NCBI GenBank assembly: GCA_002269645.1
Contig: NIVC01000012.1
Span: 744,001 to 808,000, forward strand
Direction of reading: 5' to 3'
Length of the DNA stretch: 64,000 nt
DNA from: Macrostomum lignano
Taxonomy: Eukaryota
Shown here: positions 13,401 to 25,906 of the stretch, in pieces
Layout of the letters: each line of letters starts with the position of its first letter
How positions within the stretch are numbered: the first letter of the stretch is position 1
Position numbers and translations under genes: made by a program
The notes under the pieces: model-generated
What the model was told of the DNA's origin: nothing
What the model saw: the letters and a program-made list of their open reading frames with translations, nothing else
The model's database searches: none

Positions 13401-15630
13401 AGCCACCATGTCGAACATTAAAAAGCCACCATGTCAAACATTAAAGAGCCACATTGTCAAACATTAAAAAGCCACCATTTCAAACCTAAAAGAGCCACCA
13501 TGTCAAACATTAAAGAGCCACCATGTCAAACATTAAAGAGCCACCTTGTCAAATATTAAAGAGCCACCATTTCAAACCTAAAGAAGCCACCATGTCGAAC
13601 ATACAAGAGCCACCATGTCGAACATTAAAGAGCCACCATATCAAACATAAAAGAGTTACCATGTCAAACATTAAAGAGCCACCATGTCAAACATTAAAGA
13701 GCCACCATGTCGAACATAAAAGAGCCACCATATCAAACATAAAAGAGTTACCATGTCAAACATTAAAGAGCCACCATGTCGAACATTAAAAAGCCACCAT
13801 GTCAAACATTAAAGAGCCACCTTGTCAAATATTAAAGAGCCACCATGTTAAACCTAAAAGAGCCACCATGTCGAACATTAAAGAGCCACCTTGTCAAATA
13901 TTAAAGAGCCACCATTTCAAACCTAAAGAAGCCACCATGTCGAACATACAAGAGCCACCATGTCGAACATAAAAGAGCCACCATATCAAACATAAAAGAG
14001 TTACCATGTTAAAAATTAAAGAGCCACCATGTCGAACATAAAAGAGCAACCATGTCAAACATAAAACAGACACCATTAAGAACATTAAAGAGCCACCATG
14101 TCGAACATTAAAGAGCCACCATGTCAAATATAAAACAGCCACCATTTCGAAAATTTAAGAGCCGCCATGTTAAACATTAAAGGGCCACCTTGTCAAATAT
14201 TAAAGAGCCACCATTTCAAACCTAAAAGAGCGACCCTGTCGAACATACAAGAGCCACAATGTCGAACATAAAAGAGCAGCTATGTAGAACATAAAAGAGC
14301 CACCATGTCAAACATAAAAAAGCCACCATGTCAAACATAAAAGAGCCAACATGAAGAACATTAAAGAGCCACCATGTCGACCATTAAAAGAGCCACCATG
14401 TCGAACATACAAGAGCCACCATGTCGAACATAGAAAAGCCACCATGTCGAACATAGAAAAGCCACCATGTTAAACATTAAAGAGCCAATATTTCAAACCT
14501 TAAGGAGCCACCATGTCGAACATAAAAGAGTCACCATGTTAAAAATTAAAGAGCCACCATGTCGAACATTAAAGAGCCACCATGTCGAACATTAAAGAGC
14601 CACCATGTCAAACATAAAACAGACACCATGTCAAACATTAAAGAGCCACCGGTTCAAACCTAAAAGAGCCACCATGTCGAACATTAAAGAGCCACCTTGT
14701 CAAATATTAAAGAGCCACCATTTCAAACCTAAAGGAGCCACCATGTCGAACATTAAAAAGCCACCATGTCGAACATTAAAAAGCCAACATGTCAAACATA
14801 AAAGAGCCACCATGTCAAACCTAAAAAAGCCACCATGTCAAACATAGAAGAGCCACCATGTCAAACATAATAGAGCCACCATGTCAAACATTAAAGAGCC
14901 ACCATGTCAAACATAGAAGAGCCACTATGTCAAACATAAAAGAGCCACCATGTCGAACATAAAAGAGTCACCATGTTAAAAATTAAAGAGCCACCATGTC
15001 GAACATTAAAGAGCCACCATGTCGAACATTAAAGAGCCACCATGTCGAACATTAAAGAGCCACCATATCAAACATAAAAGAGTTACCATGTCAAACATTA
15101 AAGAGCCACCATGTCGAACATTAAAGAGCCACCATATCAAACATAAAACAGACACCATGTCAAACATTAAAGAGCCACCATGTCGAACATTAAAGAGCCA
15201 CCATGTCAAACATAAAACAGCCACCATTTCGAAAATTAAGGAGCCACCATTTCGAAAATTAAAGAGCCGCCATGTTAACCATTAAAGGGCCACCATGTCA
15301 AACATTAAAGAGCCACCATGTCGAACATAAAAGAGCCACCATGTCGAACATTAAAGAGCCACCATGTCAAACATTAAAGAGCCACCGGTTCAAACCTAAA
15401 AGAGCCACCATGTCGAACATTAAAAAGCCACCGTGTCGAACATAAAAAAGTCAACATGTCAAACATAAAAGAGCCACCATGTCAAACCTAAAAAAGCCAC
15501 CATGTCAAACATAGAAGAGCCACCATGTCGAACATAAAAGAGCCACTATGTCAAACATAAAAGAGCCACCATGTCAAACATAGAAGAGCCACTATGTCAA
15601 ACATAAAAGAGCCACCATGTCAAACATTCA
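10500..15630 (+). repeat. 23-bp tandem array type A (CATGTCAAACATTAAAGAGCCAC) in H1, about 220 copies
   Basis: Period of 23 measured directly (10504/10527; 15001/15024); contains a 1587-bp higher-order duplication. Confidence 0.97.
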
Positions 15631-15741
15631 AGATATCCAATTTCAAATGTAAAGGTATAAAGCGCCATGCCAATTTAAAGGAGCCACTATAAAGCTAAGG
15701 AAATTGTCGCTCTAGCTACTTATTGTCTGGTGGATGGTTGC

Positions 15742-16300
15742 TATTTGGGGATGCTATCTATCTTGGGGATGCTTGCTATTTGGAGGATGCTTGCTTTCTG
15801 GGGGATGCTTGCTATCTGGGGAATGCTTGCTATCTGGGGAATGCTTGCTATCTGGGGGATGCTTGCTATCTGGGGGATGTTTGCTATCTGGGGGATGCTT
15901 GCTATCTGGTGGATGCTTGCTATCTGAGGGATGCTTGCTATCTGAGTGATGCTTGCTATCTGGGGGATGCTTGCTATCTGGGGTATGCTTGCTATCTGAG
16001 GGATGCTTGCTATCTTGGGGTATGCTTGCTATCTGAGGGATGCTTGCTATCTTGGGGATGCTTGCTATCTGGGGGATGCTTGCTATCTGCGGAATGCTTG
16101 CTATCTGGGGAATGCTTGCTATCTGGGGATGTTTGCTATCTGGGGGATGCTTGCTATCTGGGGGATGCTTGCTATCTGGGGGATGCTTGCTATCTGGAGG
16201 ATGCTTGCTATCTTGGGGATGCTTGCTATCTGGGAAATGCTTGCTATCTGGGAGAATGCTTGCTATCTGGAGGATGCTTGCTATCTGGGGGATGCTTGTG
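15742..16300 (+). repeat. 18-bp tandem array (GGGGATGCTTGCTATCTG) in the 3' part of H1, about 30 copies
   Basis: Period of 18 (15841/15859); only about 3 copies at the equivalent site of H2 (about 23095-23160). Confidence 0.95.
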
Positions 16301-16447
16301 GTCTTGGGAAGATTTCTTATTGCAATTCACTTCATTTGAGCAGTTTGTCTGTTGTCTTTGTGAAGGATTTTTTGGCTGTCTTTTTGTTAATTGTAGAGAA
16401 CAGAGATTCTATCCAGATGTCCCCCATCGGGGGGCGAAGATTGCTAG

Positions 16448-19400
16448 TCCTATATACTAAAAATGAGTTGTCTGTGGGTAGGTAGGTAGGTAGGTATGCG
16501 ATAGATTTCAGAAAAAATGGCTCAACCGATTTTCTTCAAACTTGCACCATTCGATCAGAAATTTTCCTGGGACGGTACATGCATCTTGGCTAAGAAATTG
16601 CTCAATATTAAAGGGATTAAATATTCGAAAAACATGCTTTTTTGCAAAGGTCAAGCAGCTCTTTCGACCTGAAATGCATTGTAAGAATGCTAGAGAAAAA
16701 ACTGACTGACTGAATTCCAATTGTGATAAAGATTACATCACAACCAGTTGAAAACAGTGCCGAACAAATGCACACAAAACTTGATTTAAATTGCGTAACA
16801 ATATTGCTAACTTAAATTGACACTGATACTGGCTGACTGAGAAATTGATTATGTCATAACTTTTTACTCTAACCGATTTGCTATAAGAATTTAATTATAA
16901 GGGCCACAATTCACGTATTCCAATTGACAAGAGATAGCATAGATGCGAACAGACTGGACTGCTAATGCAGCGACCTGGGTTCGAATCTTAGTAGTGCAAA
17001 AAGATTTTTTTATTCAAAAACCTTAAAAACACAAATGCTAAACACAAAAAAGCACAATGTCAAAAATTAAAGAGCCTCAATGTCAAACATTAAAGAGCCA
17101 CCATGTCGAACATTAAAGAGCCATCATGTCGACCATTAAAGAGCCACCATGTCGAACATTAAAGAGCCACCATGTCGAACATTAAAGAGCCACCATGTCT
17201 AACATTAAAGAGCCACCATGTAAAACATAAAAAAGCCACCATGTCAAACATAAAAGAGCCACCATGTCAAACATATATGTGAATCCAGGTCAAACAGTAA
17301 AGAGCCACCATGTCAAACATAAAAGAGCCACCATGTCGAACATAAAAGAACCACCATGTCCAACATAAAAGAGCCACCATGTCAAACATTAAAGAGCCTC
17401 AATGTCAAACATTAAAGAGCCACCATGTCGAATATTAAAGAGCCACCATGTCTAACATTATAGAGCCACCATGTCGAACATTAAAGAGCCACTATGTCTA
17501 ACATTAAAGAGCTACCATGTCGAATATTAAAGAGCCACCATGTCTAAAATTAAAGAGCCACCATGTCGAACATTAAAGAGCCACTATGTCTAACATTAAA
17601 GAGCCACCATGTCGAATATTAAAGAGCCACCATGTCTAACATTAAAGAGCCACCATGTAAAACATAAAAAAGCCACCATGTCAAACATAAAAGAGCCACC
17701 ATGTCAAACATATATGTGAATCCAGGTCAAACAGTAAAGAGCCACCATGTCAAACATAAAAGAGCCACCATGTCGAACATAAAAGAACCACCATGTCCAA
17801 CATAAAAGAGCCACCATGTCAAACATTAAAGAGCCTCAATGTCAAACATTAAAGAGCCACCATGTCGAATATTAAAGAGCCACCATGTCTAACATTATAG
17901 AGCCACCATGTCGAACATTAAAGAGCCACTATGTCTAACATTAAAGAGCTACCATGTCGAATATTAAAGAGCCACCATGTCTAACATTAAAGAGCCACCA
18001 TGTCGAACATTAAAGAGCCACTATGTCTAACATTAAAGAGCCACCATGTCGAATATTAAAGAGCCACCATGTCTAACATTAAAGAGCCACCATGTAAAAC
18101 ATAAAAAAGCCACCATGTCAAACATAAAAGAGCCACCATGTCAAACATATATGTGAATCCAGGTCAAACAGTAAAGAGCCACCATGTCAAACATAAAAGA
18201 GCCACCATGTCGAACATAAAAGAACCACCATGTCCAACATAAAAGAGCCACCATGTCAAACATTAAAGAGCCTCAATGTCAAACATTAAAGAGCCACCAT
18301 GTCGAATATTAAAGAGCCACCATGTCTAACATTATAGAGCCACCATGTCGAACATTAAAGAGCCACTATGTCTAACATTAAAGAGCCACCATGTCGAATA
18401 TTAAAGAGCCACCATGTCTAACATTAAAGAGCCACCATGTCGAACATTAAAGAGCCACTATGTCTAACATTAAAGAGCCACCATGTCAAACATAAAAGAG
18501 CCACCATGTCAAACATAAAAGAGCCACCATGTCAAACATATATGTGAATCCAGGTCAAACATTAAAGAGCCTCAATGTCAAACATTAAAGAGCCACCATG
18601 TCGAATATTAAAGAGCTACCATGTCGAATATTAAAGAGCCACCATGTCTAACATTAAAGAGCCACCATGTCGAACATTAAAGAGCCACTATGTCTAACAT
18701 TAAAGAGCCACCATGTCGAATATTAAAGAGCCACCATGTCTAACATTAAAGAGCCACCATGTAAAACATAAAAAAGCCACCATGTCAAACATAAAAGAGC
18801 CACCATGTCAAACATATATGTGAATCCAGGTCAAACAGTAAAGAGCCACCATGTCAAACATAAAAGAGCCACCATGTCGAACATAAAAGAACCACCATGT
18901 CCAACATAAAAGAGCCACCATGTCAAACATTAAAGAGCCTCAATGTCAAACATTAAAGAGCCACCATGTCGAATATTAAAGAGCCACCATGTCTAACATT
19001 ATAGAGCCACCATGTCGAACATTAAAGAGCCACTATGTCTAACATTATAGAGCCACCATGTCGAATATTAAAGAGCCACCATGTCTAACATTAAAGAGCC
19101 ACCATGTCGAATATTAAAGAGCCACCATGTCTAACATTAAAGAGCCACCATGTCTAACATTAAAAAGCCACCATGTCGAACATTAAAGAGCCACCATGTC
19201 GAACATAAAAGAGCCACCACGTCAAACATTTAAGAGCCACCATGTCTAACATTAAAGTGCTACCATGTCGAAAATTAAAAAGCCATCATGTCTAACATAA
19301 AAGAGCTACCATGAAGAACATTAAAGAGCCACCTCGTAAAACATTAAAGAGCCACCTTGTCAAACATAAAAGAGCCACCATGTCAAACATATATGTGACT

Positions 19401-22400
19401 CCATGTCAAACAGTAAAGAGCCACCATGTCAAGCATAAAAGAGCCACCATGTCGAACATAAAAGAGCCATCATGTCAAACATTAAAGAGCCACCATGTCA
19501 AGCATAAAAGAGCCACCATGTAGAACATAAAAGAACCACCATGTCCAACATAAAAGAGCCACCATGTCAAACATTAAAGAGCCGCAATGTCAAACATTAA
19601 AGAGCCATCATGTCTAACATTAAACAGCCACCATGTCGAACATTAAAGAGCCACCATGTCGAACATAAAAGAGCCACCGTGTCTAACATTAAAGAGCCAC
19701 CATGTCTAACATAAAAGAGCCACCATGTCAAACATATATGTGACTCCATGTCAAACAGTAAAGAGCCACCATGTCAAACATAAAAGAGCCACCATGTCGA
19801 ACATAAAAGAACCACCATGTCCAACATAAAAGAGTACCATGTCAAACATTAAAGAGCCTCAATGTCAAACATTAAAGAGCCACCATGTCGAATATTAAAG
19901 AGCCACCATGTCTAACATTATAGAGCCACCATGTCGAACATTAAAGAGCCACTATGTCTAACATTAAAGAGCTACCATGTCGAATATTAAAGAGCCACCA
20001 TGTCTAACATTAAAGAGCCACCATGTCGAACATTAAAGAGCCACTATGTCTAACATTAAAGAGCCACCATGTCGAATATTAAAGAGCCACCATGTCTAAC
20101 ATTAAAGAGCCACCATGTCGAACATTAAAGAGCCACTATGTCTAACATTAAAGAGCTACCATGTCGAATATTAAAGAGCCACCATGTCTAACATTAAAGA
20201 GCCACCATGTCGAATATTAAAGAGCCACCATGTCTAACATTAAAGAGCCACCATGTCTAACATTAAAAAGCCACCATGTCGAACATTAAAGAGCCACCAT
20301 GTCGAACATAAAAGAGCCACCACGTCAAACATTTAAGAGCCACCATGTCTAACATTAAAGTGCTACCATGTCGAAAATTAAAAAGCCATCATGTCTAACA
20401 TAAAAGAGCTACCATGAAGAACATTAAAGAGCCACCTCGTAAAACATTAAAGAGCCACCTTGTCAAACATAAAAGAGCCACCATGTCAAACATATATGTG
20501 ACTCCATGTCAAACAGTAAAGAGCCACCATGTCAAGCATAAAAGAGCCACCATGTCGAACATAAAAGAGCCATCATGTCAAACGTTAAAGAGCCACCATG
20601 TCAAGCATAAAAGAGCCACCATGTAGAACATAAAAGAACCACCATGTCCAACATAAAAGAGCCACCATGTCAAACATTAAAGAGCCGCAATGTCAAACAT
20701 TAAAGAGCCATCATGTCTAACATTAAACAGCCACCATGTCGAACATTAAAGAGCCACCATGTCGAACATAAAAGAGCCACCGTGTCTAACATTAAAGAGC
20801 CACCATGTCTAACATAAAAGAGCCACCATGTCAAACATATATGTGACTCCATGTCAAACAGTAAAGAGCCACCATGTCAAACATAAAAGAGCCACCATGT
20901 CGAACATAAAAGAACCACCATGTCCAACATAAAAGAGCCACCATGTCAAACATTAAAGAGCCTCAATGTCAAACATTAAAGAGCCACCATGTCGAATATT
21001 AAAGAGCCACCATGTCTAACATTATAGAGCCACCATGTCGAACATTAAAGAGCCACTATGTCTAACATTAAAGAGCTACCATGTCGAATATTAAAGAGCC
21101 ACCATGTCTAACATTAAAGAGCCACCATGTCGAACATTAAAGAGCCACTATGTCTAACATTAAAGAGCCACCATGTCGAATATTAAAGAGCCACCATGTC
21201 TAACATTAAAGAGCCACCATGTAAAACATAAAAAAGCCACCATGTCAAACATAAAAGAGCCACCATGTCAAACATATATGTGAATCCAGGTCAAACAGTA
21301 AAGAGCCACCATGTCAAACATAAAAGAGCCACCATGTCGAACATAAAAGAACCACCATGTCCAACATAAAAGAGCCACCATGTCAAACATTAAAGAGCCT
21401 CAATGTCAAACATTAAAGAGCCACCATGTCGAATATTAAAGAGCCACCATGTCTAACATTATAGAGCCACCATGTCGAACATTAAAGAGCCACTATGTCT
21501 AACATTAAAGAGCCACCATGTCGAATATTAAAGAGCCACCATGTCTAACATTAAAGAGCCACCATGTCGAACATTAAAGAGCCACTATGTCTAACATTAA
21601 AGAGCCACCATGTCAAACATAAAAGAGCCACCATGTCAAACATAAAAGAGCCACCATGTCAAACATATATGTGAATCCAGGTCAAACATTAAAGAGCCTC
21701 AATGTCAAACATTAAAGAGCCACCATGTCGAATATTAAAGAGCTACCATGTCGAATATTAAAGAGCCACCATGTCTAACATTAAAGAGCCACCATGTCGA
21801 ACATTAAAGAGCCACTATGTCTAACATTAAAGAGCCACCATGTCGAATATTAAAGAGCCACCATGTCTAACATTAAAGAGCCACCATGTAAAACATAAAA
21901 AAGCCACCATGTCAAACATAAAAGAGCCACCATGTCAAACATATATGTGAATCCAGGTCAAACAGTAAAGAGCCACCATGTCAAACATAAAAGAGCCACC
22001 ATGTCGAACATAAAAGAACCACCATGTCCAACATAAAAGAGCCACCATGTCAAACATTAAAGAGCCTCAATGTCAAACATTAAAGAGCCACCATGTCGAA
22101 TATTAAAGAGCCACCATGTCTAACATTATAGAGCCACCATGTCGAACATTAAAGAGCCACTATGTCTAACATTATAGAGCCACCATGTCGAATATTAAAG
22201 AGCCACCATGTCTAACATTAAAGAGCCACCATGTCGAATATTAAAGAGCCACCATGTCTAACATTAAAGAGCCACCATGTCTAACATTAAAAAGCCACCA
22301 TGTCGAACATTAAAGAGCCACCATGTCGAACATAAAAGAGCCACCACGTCAAACATTTAAGAGCCACCATGTCTAACATTAAAGTGCTACCATGTCGAAA

Positions 22401-23297
22401 ATTAAAAAGCCATCATGTCTAACATAAAAGAGCTACCATGAAGAACATTAAAGAGCCACCTCGTAAAACATTAAAGAGCCACCTTGTCAAACATAAAAGA
22501 GCCACCATGTCAAACATATATGTGACTCCATGTCAAACAGTAAAGAGCCACCATGTCAAGCATAAAAGAGCCACCATGTCGAACATAAAAGAGCCCTCAT
22601 GTCAAACATTAAAGAGCCACCATGTCAAGCATAAAAGAGCCACCATGTAGAACATAAAAGAACCACCATGTCCAACATAAAAGAGCCACCATGTCAAACA
22701 TTAAAGAGCCGCAATGTCAAACATTAAAGAGCCATCATGTCTAACATTAAACAGCCACCATGTCGAACATTAAAGAGCCACCATGTCGAACATAAAAGAG
22801 CCACCGTGTCTAACATTAAAGAGCCACCATGTCGAACATAAAAGAGCCACCATGTCAAACATTAAAGAGCCACCATGCCTAACATTAAAGAGCCACCATG
22901 TCGAACATTAAAGAGCCACCATGTCGAACATAAAAGAGCCACCATGTCAAACATTTAGGAGCCACCATGTCAAACATAAAATTTACACAATTTCAAACGT
23001 AAAAGTAAGCGTCATGCCAATTTTAAAGGAGCCACTATAGAGCTAAGGAAATTGTAGCACTAGCTACCGGGTACTTATTGTATGGTGGATGCTTACTATT
23101 TGGGGATGCTTGCTATCTGGGGGATGCTTGCTATTTGGGGGATGCTTGCTGTCTTGGGATGATTTCTTTTTGCATTACACTTTATTTGAGCAGTTTGTCT
23201 GTCGTCTTTGTGAAGGCTTTTTTTGGCTATCTTTTTGTTACTTGTAGAGAACAGAGATTCTATCCAGATGTCCCCCAACGGGGGCGAAGATTGCTAG
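16448..23297 (+). mobile_element. Non-autonomous Helitron H2 (subfamily A)
   Basis: Starts TCCTATATACTAAAAATG directly after the CTAG of H1; ends CCCCCAACGGGGG-CGAAGATTG-CTAG; its 5' ~560 bp and 3' ~250 bp are clearly homologous to H1. Confidence 0.88.
17055..22985 (+). repeat. 23-bp tandem array type A in H2, about 255 copies, with nested higher-order repeats
   Basis: Same monomer as H1 with private variants (TCTAAC, GTGAATCCAGG); marker variants recur at 437-, 1103- and 3127-bp offsets. Confidence 0.97.
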
Positions 23298-23934
23298 TCC
23301 AATATACTAAAAATGGTCTGTCTGTGTCTATCTATCTATCTATCTATCTATGTGATCGATTAGAGAAAAAATGGCTGGACAGATTTTGTTCGAACTTGCA
23401 CTGTTCGATCAGAAATTTTCCCGTGACTGTACATGCATCGTGGCTAAGAAATTGCTCGATGCTAAAGGCATTAAATATTCGAAAAACATGCTTTTTTGCA
23501 AAGGTCAAGCAAACTTTTCGACTTGAAATGCATTGTAAGAATGCTAGAGAAAAAACTGACTGGTTGAATTCTGATTCTGAAATAGATTGCATCATATCTG
23601 AATTGTAGCTCCGACTTGAATTGAAAATGCAGTGTGGAAGCGTAGCACCAGACTTGATTTAAATTGCGTAACCATATTGTTAACTGATACTGACTGACTG
23701 AGAAACTGATTATGTCATAACTGCTTCGTGTGATTTACTCTATGCTTGGATTTTAGAGTGTTGAATTATATAAGTGCAAAATTTGATGTTATCAAAACGA
23801 TGACAGCTAGCCTAGAGGTGTACAAACTTAACTGCTAAATGCAGTTTGGTTCGAATTGGTTCGAATTTTCATAGAGTATAATTTTTTAATTAAAGCTTTT
23901 CAACGTCAGGAAAACTAAAAGACTTTTTAAAAAG

Positions 23935-25495
23935 AAGCGCCATGTAAAAATCATTGAAGCGTCATGTAAACAATCATAGAAGCGTCATGTAAACAATCAT
24001 AGAAGCGTCATGTAAACAATCATAGAAGCGTCATGTAAACAATCATAGAAGCGTCATGTAAACAATCATAGAAGCGTCATGTAAACAATCATAGAAGCGT
24101 CATGTAAAAAGTCTTAGAAGCGTCATGTAAAAAATCATAGAAACGTCATGTAAACAATCATAGAAGCGTCATGTAAACAATCATAGAAGCGTCATTTAAA
24201 AATCATAGAAGCGTCATGTAAAAAATCATAGAAGCGTCATGTAAAAAATCATTGAAGCGTCATTTAAAAATCATAAAAGCGTTATTTAAAAAAAATCATA
24301 GAAGCGTCATTTAAAAAATCATAGAAGCGTCATGTAAACAATCATAGAAGCGCCATGTAAACAATCATAGAAGCGTCATTTAAAAAATCATAGAAGCGTC
24401 ATGTAAACAATCATAGAAGCGTCATGTAAAAAATCATAGAAGCGTCATGTAAACAATCATAGAAGCGTCATGTAAACAATCATAGAAGCGTCATGTAAAA
24501 AATCATTGAAGCGTCATTTAAAAATCATAGAAGCGTCATGTAAACAATCATAGAAGCGTCATGTAAACAATCATAGAAGCGTCATGTAAACAATCATAGA
24601 AGCGTAATTTAAAAAATCATAGAAGCGTCATGTAAACAATCATAGAAGCGCCATGTAAACAATCATAGAAGCGTCATTTAAAAAATCATAGAAGCGTCAT
24701 GTAAACAATCATAGAAGCGTCATGTAAACAATCATAGAAGCGTCATTTAAAAAATCATAGAAGCGTCATGTAAACAATCATAGAAGCGTCATGTAAAAAA
24801 TCATAGAAGCGTCATGTAAACAATCATAGAAGCGTCATGTAAACAATCATAGAAGCGTCATGTAAACAATCATAGAAGCGTCATGTAAAAAATCATAGAA
24901 GCGTCATGTAAACAATCATAGAAGCGTCATGTAAAAAATCATAGAAGCGTCATGTAAAAATCATAGAAGCGTCATGTAAAAAATCATAGAAGCGTCGTGT
25001 AAACAATCATAGAAGCGTCATGTAAACAATCATAGAAGCGCCATGTAAACAATCATAGAAGCGTCATTTAAAAATCATAGAAGCGTCATGTAAACAATCA
25101 TAGAAGCGTCATGTAAAAAATCATAGAAGCGTCATGTAAACAATCATAGAAGCGTCATGTAAACAATCATAGAAGCGTCATGTAAACAATCATAGAAGCG
25201 TCATGTAAACAATCATAGAAGCGTCATTTAAAAAATCATAGAAGCGTCATGAAAAAATCATAGAAGCGTCATGTAAACAATCATAGAAGCGTCATGTGAA
25301 AAATCATCGAAGCGTCATCTTAAAAATCGTAGAAGCGTCATGTAAGAAATCATAGAAGCGTCATGTAAAAATCATAGAAGCGTCATGAAAAAATCATAGA
25401 AGCCTCATTTAAAAAGTAATGAAAGTGTCATTTAAAATATTAAGAAGCATCATGGTAGAATAAAAGAAGCGTCATGTCAGACATGAAGGGTGTCA
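23935..25495 (+). repeat. 23-bp tandem array type B (CATGTAAACAATCATAGAAGCGT) in H3
   Basis: Period of 23 (23963/23986), with some 22-bp units. Confidence 0.96.
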
Positions 25496-25845
25496 TGTAA
25501 AAATTAAATGAAGCTATAATGCTGTGCTGGGGAGAATTACTGAGATGTCAATGCTCTCAGAGAATAACTTAGATTACGGGGGGGGGGTTTCTGAGATGTC
25601 AAAGCAATAGTCAAAGGCTATTTCAAAGTTCATGTACTTTACTCAATTTTTTATTGCATTCTTTGTTGGCTCGCCACGGGGGGGCGCTGATAAAAAAGCG
25701 TAATGTAAAAAATAAAAGAAGCTTCATGTCGAAGTTAAGAGATTCATTTGGGAATCCCTACGATGTCGAGGCTTGCAGGGAATCGCTATAATGCTGTAGT
25801 AGTGCTATAATGACTCTCAGAGAGAATTACTGAAATTTCAATGCT

Positions 25846-25906
25846 TTAGGGTTAGGTTAGGGTTAGGGTTAGGCTAGGGTTAGGGTTAGGCTAGGGTTAG
25901 GGTTAG
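25846..25906 (+). repeat. Interstitial telomere-type (TTAGGG)n tract in H3
   Basis: TTAGGG units mixed with TTAGG and CTAGGG variants. Confidence 0.85.

Larger units (their letters stand above)
9883..16447 (+). mobile_element. Non-autonomous Helitron H1 (subfamily A)
   Basis: Starts A|TCCTATATACTAAAAATG; ends with CCCCC-ATC-GGGGG hairpin (16421-16434) then CGAAGATTG-CTAG. No Rep/helicase ORF; interior is 23-bp and 18-bp tandem arrays. Confidence 0.88.

Noticed and set aside
15723-16485. 245-aa (LGDACY)n ORF that resembles a repeat protein
   Set aside because: Open in all three frames because the 18-bp unit has few stops; copy number falls to about 3 in H2; it lies inside a non-coding Helitron.
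16931-16996. Functional tRNA-Ser(GCT) gene
   Set aside because: No clear acceptor stem, mismatched anticodon stem, and a short variable arm unlike tRNA-Ser; kept only as a tRNA-like module.
10448-22650. ORFs such as MSNIKEPPC.. in the 23-bp arrays
   Set aside because: They are translations of a tandem repeat, recur identically with the higher-order repeats, and have no splice or domain support.
25846-25906. True chromosome end or telomere fusion site
   Set aside because: The tract is short, single-orientation, and repeated with the same flanks in H4, so it belongs to the element.
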